64,000 nt of DNA from Eledone cirrhosa (taxonomy: Eukaryota), in NCBI GenBank assembly GCA_964016885.1, contig OZ024747.1:79856001-79920000 (forward strand). The letters are read 5' to 3'. The position numbers and the translations under genes were made by a program. This document shows, in pieces, positions 1-12,270 of this stretch. Under the pieces are notes generated by a model that was given only the letters and a program-made list of their open reading frames with translations, ran no database searches and was not told where the DNA came from. Position 1 is the stretch's first letter, and every line of letters begins with the position of its first letter.

Positions 1-260
1 TGCTGCAAAGCATGGTGTCCGACCCTCTACCGATACTGCCAATCCACTTAATGATGTCTGATTTAGACACAAGGCCAGCAATTTTTAGAGTAAAAGGAAG
101 TCGATTATATCGACCCAAGTAGTTGTTTGGTAATTTTATTTTATCGATCACGGAAGGTTGGAAGTTAAAGTTGACCTCGGCGGGATTTGATCTCAGAACG
201 TAAAAACAGGCGGAAGAAATGTCCCAGAGGATTTTCTCCGAGGTTCTATCAATCTACCAA
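1..260 (-). mobile_element. tRNA-derived SINE, two adjacent copies (5' part of one, plus one diverged copy)
   Basis: Reverse complement carries the family motifs ctgagttcaaatcccgccgaggt...tttcatcct...gtcgataaaataaa...ggccttgtg seen in many copies in this window. Confidence 0.8.
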
Positions 261-859
261 CCCTATGTTATGAGCAATAATATCATCTATATTACTGACA
301 ATTTCACATGAGGTGTCGCTTTTGTTCTGAGATATATTACAGTTAAAACCCGGTGATTTCTCTTCCACAATCTCACCTATGTTAAAGGATATAGCTTTTG
401 TCGTTGCATGCGTATCTATTTCAGTCAATAGCAGCTGTCTGGCCACGTTAAGATATCGTCTGCACTGGCCTTGTCTACTTCGAAGATTATGGTAATTCTA
501 CCTAGAATGGCAAGCCTATTAATGTTATAGAATTTTACATCACAAATCTGACACGGTATAAAAAACACACATAAAAACAAATCAAAACAAAAACAAAACA
601 AAACAAAACATCTGTTTAATCATGATATTCAATGGAGGATTGTAGTGGCAAGAAATTGAGGTTTACGAGAAGAAAACATATCTACACAGTTCTAAGTGTT
701 GTCACTTCTCTGTTTTAAACTTATATCATAATAACTATACAGCAATTTTTGGTCGTCTGTTGCACCTTCAATTATTTTATGAAAGCAAAGTGATACCCGG
801 CAGGATTTATGTAAAGAATGCTGCTCTTGCCCCCTTCGTCGAGTTTTTTTTACTCTTTA

Positions 860-1200
860 ATAATGATTTCTAGTATAGGCACAAGGCCAGTAATTTGGCG
901 GGGAGGGGAAAGTCGAGTAAATCGACCCCAGTACATTACTGGTGCTTTATTTTATCGACCCCGTAAGGATGAAAGACAAAGTTAACCTCGGCGGGATTTG
1001 AACTCAGAACGTAAAGGGCCGTAACTCTATGCTGCAAATCATGGTGTCTGATGCCCTACCGATACTGCCAATCCACCGCCCTTTTTAATAATGGTTTCTA
1101 ATGTAGCCACAATTCCAGCGATTTGTGGGGGAGGGGAAAGTTGATTATATCGATTAAACAGTTGAATGGTTCTTCTTATTTTATTGACCTCGGAAATATA
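860..1200 (-). mobile_element. tRNA-derived SINE, full-length copy (860-1082) followed by a partial diverged copy
   Basis: Head gggcggtggattggcag (A-box-like), B-box gagttcaaatccc, central tttcatccttacggggtcgataaaataaag, (ATT)n tail, all on the minus strand. Confidence 0.88.
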
Positions 1201-1211
1201 AAAAATAAAAA

Positions 1212-1434
1212 AGGGCGGTGGATTGGCAGCATCGGTAGGGCATCAGACACCATGCTTTGTGGCATTGAGTTACGGCCCTTTACGTTCTGAGTTCAAATCT
1301 CATCGAGGTTAGCTTTGCTTTTCATCCTTATGGGGTCGATAAAATAAAGTACCAGTAACGCACTGGGTCGATTTAATCACCCCCCTCCCCTTCAAATTGC
1401 TGGCCTTGTGCCTAAATCAGAAACAATTATTATT
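1212..1434 (+). mobile_element. tRNA-derived SINE, full-length
   Basis: gggcggtggattggcagcatcggtag ... ctgagttcaaatc ... tttcatccttatggggtcgataaaataaagtaccag ... ggccttgtgcc ... attattatt. Confidence 0.9.
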
Positions 1435-2523
1435 GTTTGGTTGCAAGTTTTAGATAATATTTCAAAGAAATGCATATTTTTTTCATCTAGCATTTTCAAC
1501 AGCCTTTAGTTGTTTGATCTAATTTCTAATTTAATAGATGTTAATGATATTTTGTTTAAAAAAAGTGTTCTCTTAAGTTTGCTGTTACAAATATTTAATT
1601 GTGACCAGATATTTTTTTCTAGAATATTTGAAGACACAACTATAAATAACAATAATAATAACACACCACGGCTGTCATCTGTTGGAATACAATCATTCTT
1701 TCTTCTATTTTTTTCCCTCACTTTATTTTCGTCACTTGTTTTTTGTCATACACACACGAATGTCTAAGAAACGATTTCCTCAGTAATTCCATCTCTGTCA
1801 GAATGTCTGTTTAATTTAGATAGAAGAGGTTTTCTTATTCTCAAAGGGAGTTTTACATCTAGTCTTTATTTAATATCGATATGCAACGCTTGATCTTGTC
1901 TAAATTAACTTTCTGTTGGCCGCCAAGCAACCTAATATTATTAATGGAACTCTTCTTTCTTATATTCATTGTAAACATGGCGCACTTATCAAATTTAAAC
2001 GCTCTTACTATAACTCAGCTTTCGTTCGATTGACAGCTTGTTTATTCGCATCTTTCTATTGAATGGGAGATAGGATAAATACTTGTAAATATGATCGAGA
2101 TACTGCTATAGAAAGTGCGATAAATGAAGTATATACATGGAATGGATTCTGCATAAAAATGAGGCTGAATGGGATAAATGCTTCCCACACGAAACGAGTG
2201 CAAGAGAAAATCGCATGAATACTGACGGTGTGAACGAGATTCAACACAAAATTATATTACAGACAAACCATCACCACCACCACCTCTATCGCCATCAGCC
2301 TCCACCACAACCACTAATAACCCTAGAAACGCACACATACATATATACACATATATACATACGTAACATGCATAAATACTCGTATATAATTTAGTACACA
2401 AGGCAGCAAGTGAATAAACGAACAAGATTTAGTCTTAAGAAGATATTAAGAAAAAGCAAAACAAACTTTTTGTAATCTCCATGTTAATCTCCCTCGCATA
2501 CATATATACGCATACGTACATAT

Positions 2524-2614
<91 letters not shown>

Positions 2615-2735
2615 AAGCAAATAAAATTTCAATGATACGAAAGATTTCCTGGTGGAAGTTCAAGTATACTCCGGGTTGGTATCCAGTTTTGGGGTGAAAA
2701 TCCAATTAGAAAATCCAATCTTATTTGTCATTCTT

Positions 2736-2771
2736 TCTTCTGATTAAGGACTAGCGTCCGAAACGTCAAGA
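2736..2771 (+). ncRNA. Minimal hammerhead ribozyme motif (G8->U variant) in a PLE-like insert 2611-2856 between (TA)n and (CA)n
   Basis: tctt-CTGATTAA-ggac tagc gtcc-GAAAC-GTC-aaga: stem I tctt/aaga, stem II ggac/gtcc, self-complementary ACGT stem III. Confidence 0.7.
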
Positions 2772-2856
2772 CCCTCTTCCTGCTATTTCAAGCGTTAACC
2801 TAATATATTCTCTCCATATACTGTACCGATTGTGATGTTATTTCTGTTTACTTTTT

Positions 2857-2928
<72 letters not shown>

Positions 2929-3133
2929 ATATATATATATATACATATACATACACACATATATATAATATTTATACTTTATAAACATTATAAAACTCTT
3001 TTAAAAAAGTTCCTCTCATTTTTTAAAATAATATCACTTTGACGAATCAAAGAAGGAAAAAAAAAAAAAAGAAAAAACAGACCCTTAAATATATTTTCCA
3101 TGCTATTTACAATCTCACCTGCTCTCTCTCTCT

Positions 3134-3178
<45 letters not shown>

Positions 3179-3479
3179 AACGTACCATATATACTCGTGT
3201 AAAACTAGATTCCTATATTTTGCCCTAAAATTTGAATTTCTCCACGTATCTCATGCAAAGTCGACAGTAATCCTTCCAGGATAACACACCTCTGTAGTTT
3301 TTAAAAGTTTCGTACATCGATTAGTCGTAGAGTTTCTAACTTATCTACTAAAGAGATATTTAATAAGGCAGCACAGTACTACAACATGGCCTTTCTAGAT
3401 AGTGGCTTAAAAAAAGATTATATATAATTATAAATAATATATTAAATATATATATAATACATAATATATTATTATTGTT

Positions 3480-3885
3480 ATTATTTTTGTTTCTTCGCTC
3501 AGCTTCTAACGCTGGAGATGTATTACAATGTTAACTGTTCACTACCAGTGAACTGAGGTAACACCCCTTATTTTTCAAGTACCCTCCGAAGTATTTGAGC
3601 TGTTCCAAGCAATGCTGTTTTTGTAAGCGTTCCATCCATATTGCAATCCCTATTTCTTTAATGCACTTCTCAAAATCTCTACTCACTGATCTCTACTCAC
3701 TGTTCCCAAGTCTCCAACTATTATTGGTATCACCACCACCTTTCTCAGAGACCACAGCTGCTTAGCCTCCCAAGCTAACCTATCATATCTATCAATTTTT
3801 TTCCTTCGTTATAGCATACCTTGTTGTCAGCTGGGCAGGCTATATTTATGATCCAACACTGTTTGATTTCTTTCTCAAGTTATGA
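3480..3885 (-). pseudogene. 3' fragment of an R4/Dong-clade non-LTR retrotransposon (restriction-like endonuclease C-terminus plus 3' UTR)
   Basis: Minus-strand translation with frameshifts: ...KQCWIINIACPADNKV...IDRYDRLAWEAKQLWSLRKVVVIPIIVGDLGTVS...ALLGTAQILRRVLEK* (stop 3568-3570). This matches the typical R4-clade C-terminus. Flanks are (TTA)-like. Confidence 0.8.
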
Positions 3886-4179
3886 TTATTATTAAGGTCG
3901 AGTCAGTGGCCTGTTACTATAGGGTAGTAGGCCACTGGCTTGATCAGACCTTAAACTATTAATATTAACTATGGTATTGCTGAGTAATCATTCTCGCATT
4001 CCCCAATACTAAACATGTGTGTGTGTGTGTATATATATATGCATATATATATATATATATATATATGCATATATATATATATAAATGAAGTAATTCTGTC
4101 GGAAAAGTCCAGGAAAAAAGAGTGCTCTATGTAAGTAACAGAGCTTAATAGTTATGTAATAAACAATATAAGGCAATTA

Positions 4180-4240
4180 TTTCATTTACCAGTGGTTTCT
4201 TAAAAGCAAAAAAATTTTGCTTTCAATCATCAGAATGAAA
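4180..4240 (-). ncRNA. Type I hammerhead ribozyme, inverted copy of 4304-4364
   Basis: Reverse complement of the plus-strand motif, in the left arm of the palindrome. Confidence 0.88.
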
Positions 4241-4303
4241 AATCCTGGCGTATTTATTGACGTTGGTTTTTAAAATCCAACGTCAATAAATACGCCAGGA
4301 TTT

Positions 4304-4364
4304 TTTCATTCTGATGATTGAAAGCAAAATTTTTTTGCTTTTAAGAAACCACTGGTAAATGAAA
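4304..4364 (+). ncRNA. Type I hammerhead ribozyme, intact core
   Basis: tttcatt-CTGATGA-ttgaaagcaaaa...ttttgcttttaa-GAAAC-c act g-GTA-aatgaaa: 7-bp stem I, long stem II, stem III acc/ggt, GUA cleavage triplet. Confidence 0.88.
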
Positions 4365-4389
4365 TAATTGCCTTATGTTGTTTATTACA

Positions 4390-4441
<52 letters not shown>

Positions 4442-4447
4442 TATATA

Positions 4448-4606
<159 letters not shown>

Positions 4607-5649
4607 GTGTGTGTGTGTGTATCTTTAAATTTGTTTCCATGTTTGATATAATGAGAAAGGATGGTAGTTCCCATCGTCTAAATTACAAAGAAACATTATA
4701 TAAAACAAAATTTAATTACCGTTGTTATGTTTAGTTGGGTCTTCTGGCAAGATATTTTAGAACTGCTGCCAATCTTTAAACGTAGTATAGTTTATTATAC
4801 TTTATTAACGTTATTATACGCAATAAACTATTTAGTTGAACACCATATTTGCTTGATTGGGATGTCTTGGGTGGAACATTTCAGTGCAATTTGAAATGTG
4901 AAGCCAAGTCACATTGTTTACATAATGATTTCAACCGGTCAAATACTAAAAGAATCTTAGTATAAGTTGGTGTCTGAAATTGTGATTTAAACCCACAAAT
5001 GTTTTATTTAAAAGAGTGTTAATGAATTATTTTATATTCCTGTAGATTCGGTGGGAGCAAGTGGTAGAAGCAGGGTGTGGATACAACTTGAATGTAGGAG
5101 GGTAAAATATACGTAAACGAAACCCAAGAGAATCGTAAAAGTTGGCATTCCGCACCAGTTTTGTGATGATATCCATGTGATAAATCTATTCATGGATAAA
5201 GAGCAAGTTCTTCTCTGAATCAGAAAGACGGATGTTTTTCTTTGCTTTTCAAAGTATTCAGTGGATAAATGATAAATCTGTCTCTAAATGGGTCCATTGT
5301 CAGTCGTATTTTGCTTTTATTGATATTGGTGAATGAAAAATACACGTGGAACAAATTTAGAACTCGGTGCACTCGGTCATCAAACCCTACTTCCTTGTCT
5401 CCCGATATAACGTAGTACCAATAACAACATTCTAACAATTAACATATTAGATGGCTGTGTAGTATCTATCAGATCACTTGCAACTCAATTTAAAAAAATA
5501 CTTGATAATTGGAAAACTGTGTGTGTGTGAGATCTATATTTACTATTCACAGTTTAAGGGTCCACCTCGTAATATAATATAGATTGAAGCCATAATGTTT
5601 GTAAAACATTCTTTTCGTTCAATTTATTATTTAGTGAAGAAATAATGCA

Positions 5650-5850
5650 GGTGGGTTGGCAGAATCGTGAAAACATCGGACAAAAATGTTGAGCAATATT
5701 TAGTTAAAGCACTTAACCTGCCGGGGTTAACTTTGCCTTTCATCCGTCTACGGTCGAGAAAAAGAAATACCGTTCTAATACTGGATCCGATATGATTGAA
5801 TTCTCCTGTCCTTCAAATTACAGGCCTTGTGCCTAGATTAGAAATCATTA
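5650..5850 (+). mobile_element. tRNA-derived SINE, old diverged copy
   Basis: ggtgggttggcagaatcg ... gttaactttgcctttcatcc ... caggccttgtgcctagattagaaatcattatt. Confidence 0.75.
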
Positions 5851-6050
5851 TTTAGTGAAAATAAAGAGGGATAACAAACATTTCCAGCTCTCTTTTATCA
5901 TTTTGTGTCTCTTAGTAAAACTCATTTGGCCTATTTTGCTTGTATATTCTTGGAAGGTTTATATTGAATAAAAGACAAGCCACGAAGATGGAAAGAAGGT
6001 GGGGAAATAAGAAAGAAAACGATAAGAAGAAAAAATAGAAAAAATGCTCT

Positions 6051-6052
<2 letters not shown>

Positions 6053-6125
<73 letters not shown>

Positions 6126-6156
6126 GCTGCTGCTGCTACTGCTACTACTACTACTA
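6053..6156. repeat. (CTA)n/(CTG)n trinucleotide microsatellite
   Basis: Seen directly. Confidence 0.95.
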
Positions 6157-7271
6157 TATTTAGTTTCGTTTTGCTTAACCAAATTTAGAAAACGAAGGAT
6201 TTTTATTTTTTTATCGATAACAAAAATTATTTGTTCCAATTCTGAAGAGAAATATTTTTGGTCAAAAGTTCTTCAAACACACACACACTTATGCATACAC
6301 ACACACACACAAGTACACTCACACACAGACAAGGTACACACACTCACACACACACATACACACAAATACACACATGTACACACACACACACACACACACA
6401 CAAGTACACACACAATCACACGCGCGCGCACACATACACACAATAATCCACACATACACACACACACATACACAGACTATAATCCACACATACACATGAA
6501 CGAACGCCAAAATATTACTAAGATTTTCAAGGAGAAAATTCCTGGGAGAAAACCTATACCGCACAGATTTACGTTGCTTTTTAAGTTATTAATAAGATTT
6601 ATCAATATTATTTCTTCGTTTGAGGTCAATGAAGGTGACCAAAATAACAAAGAGTCGAGTTAAATGTATTATCATATTTAGTTTCCTCCCTCTCGGTTCC
6701 AAATTCAAATCCCGCTATCATCAACTTTGTCCTTCATCCCTAAGGGGTAAAGTAAAAATAAGTACAACATACTGGAATCAGTTAATACGCCTATAGGTTC
6801 CATTTCTCCAACACAAAATGGCTTAGTACAAGTATTTTGTTGCTCCTGGCTTGCTAAAAAAATTACGTATGTTTTAATATCAAATAATTCTGAGACGCCA
6901 TCTGTATGTTTACACACACGAACGCATACACACACGCACACACACATACCCCCCCCCCAACACAAACACACATACACTGACACACACACACATATACACA
7001 CGCACACACAGTCACACACACCTATAGAAGAAAAAAGAGCAATCAGAACATGATGTGGAAGGTGAGAAGATTTATATTAAAAGTTTTACTTATTTTTACT
7101 TTAACAAACGGTTTTGTGGTCGTAAATACGACAAACTCTTTCAGATGTGATCAACAAATAAGTTTGGTTGGTAATGTAAAAATAATCCAAACTGTTATCC
7201 GTAGTAGTAGAGCACTGAGTCCATAGGACGAGTTTGTTAGAAGTAGTAACACGACAGTTAGTTCACCATAC

Positions 7272-7304
7272 CTAGAACAATTGTTTCACCTTACGGCTCT
7301 TCAG
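7272..7304 (-). ncRNA. Minimal hammerhead ribozyme core, 5' strand of stem I lost at a (GA)n junction
   Basis: Minus strand: CTGAAGA-gcc gtaa ggt-GAAAC-aatt-GTT-ctag. Stem II has a GNRA loop and stem III is palindromic (aacaattgtt). Confidence 0.72.
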
Positions 7305-7347
7305 CCTCTCTCTCTCACTCTCTCTCTCTCTCTCACTCTCGCTCTCG

Positions 7348-7388
<41 letters not shown>

Positions 7389-7484
7389 GACGCACTTGAG
7401 TTAGATATATTGTCTTAATGTGTTGAAATGTCCGTAATCTCCAACAGGCAACTGAAGAAGGTATTGTCCCCCGTTATTGCTTTC

Positions 7485-7550
<66 letters not shown>

Positions 7551-7554
7551 CACG

Positions 7555-7618
<64 letters not shown>

Positions 7619-8068
7619 CATATATATATATTAGCACAGTCACTGTATCCTGCTGAGTGTACCACTAAAGACTCCATCTTCGTGTAGAATATTCGAAGCA
7701 AAGTTAGTTTGGCTGAGTCCAACTCTTTTTCCTCAAGCTAAACAAATACTTCAAGTCTGTTACTGTATAAACGAGGAATCCGATGTAATCCTGCATGTGC
7801 TATTTCTAGTTACCACGGACATCTGTTTGCTGTTATATCATTTCGGCAATGCTTTCACAAACTTCAATAAAGTTCCCTTTCGACTCTTTTTTTTTCTTTT
7901 ACTAAAAAGCATGCATTAATCTTCATACACGCATACACAGACATGCACACGTACAGAAGGATGCATGCATATATACTTTCTTACTTCGAATGTAGCCTTT
8001 CTCACAACCACAAAAACCTTTTAAAACATTCAAGTACCGGCTTTTTACACATAGCGTGAGAGGAAGGC

Positions 8069-8750
<682 letters not shown>

Positions 8751-9056
8751 CAAAAAAGTAAAAATTTTACATTTACAAAAACACGCTCTTTAACGAACTG
8801 AAACGGACGAGGTTGAATGAAGCCGAAGCTATTTAAAACAGACAACTACATAACCATGCATTATCTTTCTGTATCTACCTAAATCCTCTTGATTTTTCCA
8901 CTTGTACTTCCACCACAAACCAAGGAGAGAAAAGAAAAGAAGAGAATAATAAAGGCGAAAGATGAATGATTGTAAAAAGAATCATGATTCTTTGAATGGA
9001 TTTAGCACAGTGAGGAATGACTGAAAAATGTGCTCACTCAAACGAACAGAAGCGAA

Positions 9057-9116
<60 letters not shown>

Positions 9117-9184
9117 AACACTCACAGGGATATATATATGTATATATTTGAATGTATACATATATATATCTATATCTATATCTA

Positions 9185-9687
<503 letters not shown>

Positions 9688-9723
9688 GTATATATATGTA
9701 TATATATATATATGTATATATAT

Positions 9724-10304
9724 GTATTTCGTTTCTGAATTTGTTTAGCAAGATTCTTTATCTGAAATCGTGTGTTGAAACCGATATTGTTATACTTTGG
9801 GAGGGTCATGTTGCCAATAAGAAACACACGCACCAGTTGCTTTCACTTCAATTTAATTTATTATATATTTATAAATTTACAAATTTATAAATTTCTGGTT
9901 GGTTGGTTCCACAACCAGATAGTTGTTTATATATATATAGTCATAGTTCTTTCGTCACACACTCTGTGACCTCTTCAGTGACTGGGGATTTCTTTCTTCG
10001 TTTCTGTGCCTTTCCTTTCTTCTATCCTACGCCATTTTGAGAAACAAAATGGCGTAGGATAGAAGAAAGGAAAGGCACAGAAACGAAGAAAGAAATCCCC
10101 AGTCACTGAAGAGGTCACAGAGTGTGTGACGAAAGAACTATGACTATATATATATAAACAACTATCTGGTTGTGGAACCAACCAACCAACCAGAAATTTA
10201 TAAATTTGTAAATTTATAAATATATAATAAATTAAATTGAAGTGAAAGCAACTGGTGCGTATGTTTCTTATTGGCAACATGACCCTCCCAAAGTATAACA
10301 ATAT
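9724..10304. mobile_element. Long fold-back HHR-bearing insert in (TA)n
   Basis: Arms of about 256 bp (9784-10039/10045-10304) with a 5-nt loop (agaaa), an unpaired tail 9724-9783, and long (TA)n on both sides. Confidence 0.88.
10101..10145 (+). ncRNA. Minimal type I hammerhead ribozyme (inverted copy at 9939-9983 on the minus strand)
   Basis: agtca-CTGAAGA-g-gtcac agagtgt gtgac-GAAA-gaac-TA-tgact: 5-bp stem I, 5-bp stem II, vestigial stem III. Confidence 0.8.
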
Positions 10305-10762
<458 letters not shown>

Positions 10763-10770
<8 letters not shown>

Positions 10771-10894
10771 GATTTCTCCCGAATGAAACAGTTCTAGTCT
10801 TGTAGAAGCCTTTTCTATATTAAATATATATACTCTGCTTTGTATTGAGTACCTTACATACTGTGGTTACCCCCGATTGAACCCGGGATAAACT
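10763..10894 (+). mobile_element. HHR-bearing PLE-like 3' fragment, same family as 28456-28659, 5'-truncated at the catalytic core
   Basis: TGATGA-tttctcccgaat-GAAACagttctagtcttGTA-gaagcc ... cccgggataaact, then (TA)n. Confidence 0.8.
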
Positions 10895-11163
10895 TATATA
10901 TATATATAGGAAAATGAGCTTTTTTTTTAAATGAAAAAAAAACGAGATGTGCTACACGAATATATATATATGGTGGTTCACCACTGGATAGAACTGGTCA
11001 TTCCGTATACTTGATCATGATGTACTAGTAGGAAAAATACTGTAGTCCCCCAGTATTCGCGGGGGGTTACGTTCCTAGAGCAGACGCGAATATTGGACGT
11101 GGTCTATAAAATTGCCTATAAACGTCAAATATAACGTAAAATATAATAAAAAAAGAGGGAGCA

Positions 11164-11214
<51 letters not shown>

Positions 11215-11240
11215 GACAGACAGACAGACAGACACACACA

Positions 11241-11303
<63 letters not shown>

Positions 11304-11529
11304 ACACACATATATATATAGAGTGAGCATAAAGTCTTTTAAACACCAAAACACATTCTTCCACACAGTCAAGGATTGAGTTTTTAATTGCAAAACCTAC
11401 ACCCGAATCTGTCCTTTGCCCTTCAGGTAAACCTTTCTCTAAGAAAGTGTAACCTAATGGCTTTTCAATAAGTTCGCCATCTCTAGGTAGACGTGTCTCA
11501 GATAATGAAACGACGCTTCAAAATTATGC

Positions 11530-12270
11530 ACATGGCCAGCAATGTTTTTTGTAGGGGAAGTGAAGATCAATTACATTGGCCCTAGTACCTGACTAACAAT
11601 TATTTTCTCGACTTAGAAAGTATGAAAGGCAAAGTTGAACACAGCTGGATTTGGAACGAAGAAAGTACAGACAGAAAACATAATTTCTAATTTAAGCACA
11701 AGGCCAGCAAATTTGGTGGAAAAGGCAATGTTTATTAAATCATACGCCAGTACTTGACTGTAACTTTACTTTATCGACCCCGGAAGAATGAAAAACAAAG
11801 TTGACCTCTACAGGATTTGAACTGAGAACGTATAAAGTCTGAACAAATACTGCTACGGATTTGCCGATCACTTTAACGACTCTGCTAAACTACTGCCCTA
11901 CAAAAATCTGGAAAAAATAATGATTTCTAATTTAGGCACAAGCCCACCAATTTTGGGGGAAAGCCGATTAAATCGACTCCAGTACTTGACTGGTACTTTA
12001 TTTTATCGACCTCGGAAGGATGACAGGGAAAGTTGACCGTGGCAGGATTTGAACGTAGGACGTCGTAACTAAATACTGCAAAACAGTTTGTCCAACGCTC
12101 TACCAATTCAGCTAATCTACCGCCCTTCCGGAAAAATAATAATGATAATAATTGTTTCTACTTTTGGCACAAGGCCAGCAATTACCCAGTACATTACTGG
12201 TACTTTATTTTATCGACCCCGTAAGGATGAAAGGCAAAGTTAACCTCGACGGGATTTGAACTCAGATCGT
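11530..12270 (-). mobile_element. Cluster of four tandem SINE copies of different ages
   Basis: Repeated cacaaggccagc...ttttatcgacccc...gatgaaaggcaaagtt...ggatttgaac motifs at about 11530, 11690, 11925 and 12150. Confidence 0.85.

Larger units (their letters stand above)
4083..4396. mobile_element. Fold-back (palindromic) HHR-bearing insert in (TA)n, PLE pseudo-LTR-like
   Basis: Near-perfect inverted arms 4148-4271/4272-4396 with essentially no loop, an unpaired extension 4083-4147, and (TA)n on both sides. Confidence 0.85.

Noticed and set aside
1212-1310. tRNA gene
   Set aside because: The A/B boxes belong to the SINE head; there is no complete cloverleaf and the sequence continues into the SINE body.
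11038-11110. Tc1/pogo-like MITE end (tactgtagtccccc...), and a hAT-like end at about 49034 (gggtcggcaacctg)
   Set aside because: No partner TIR or TSD found in the window.
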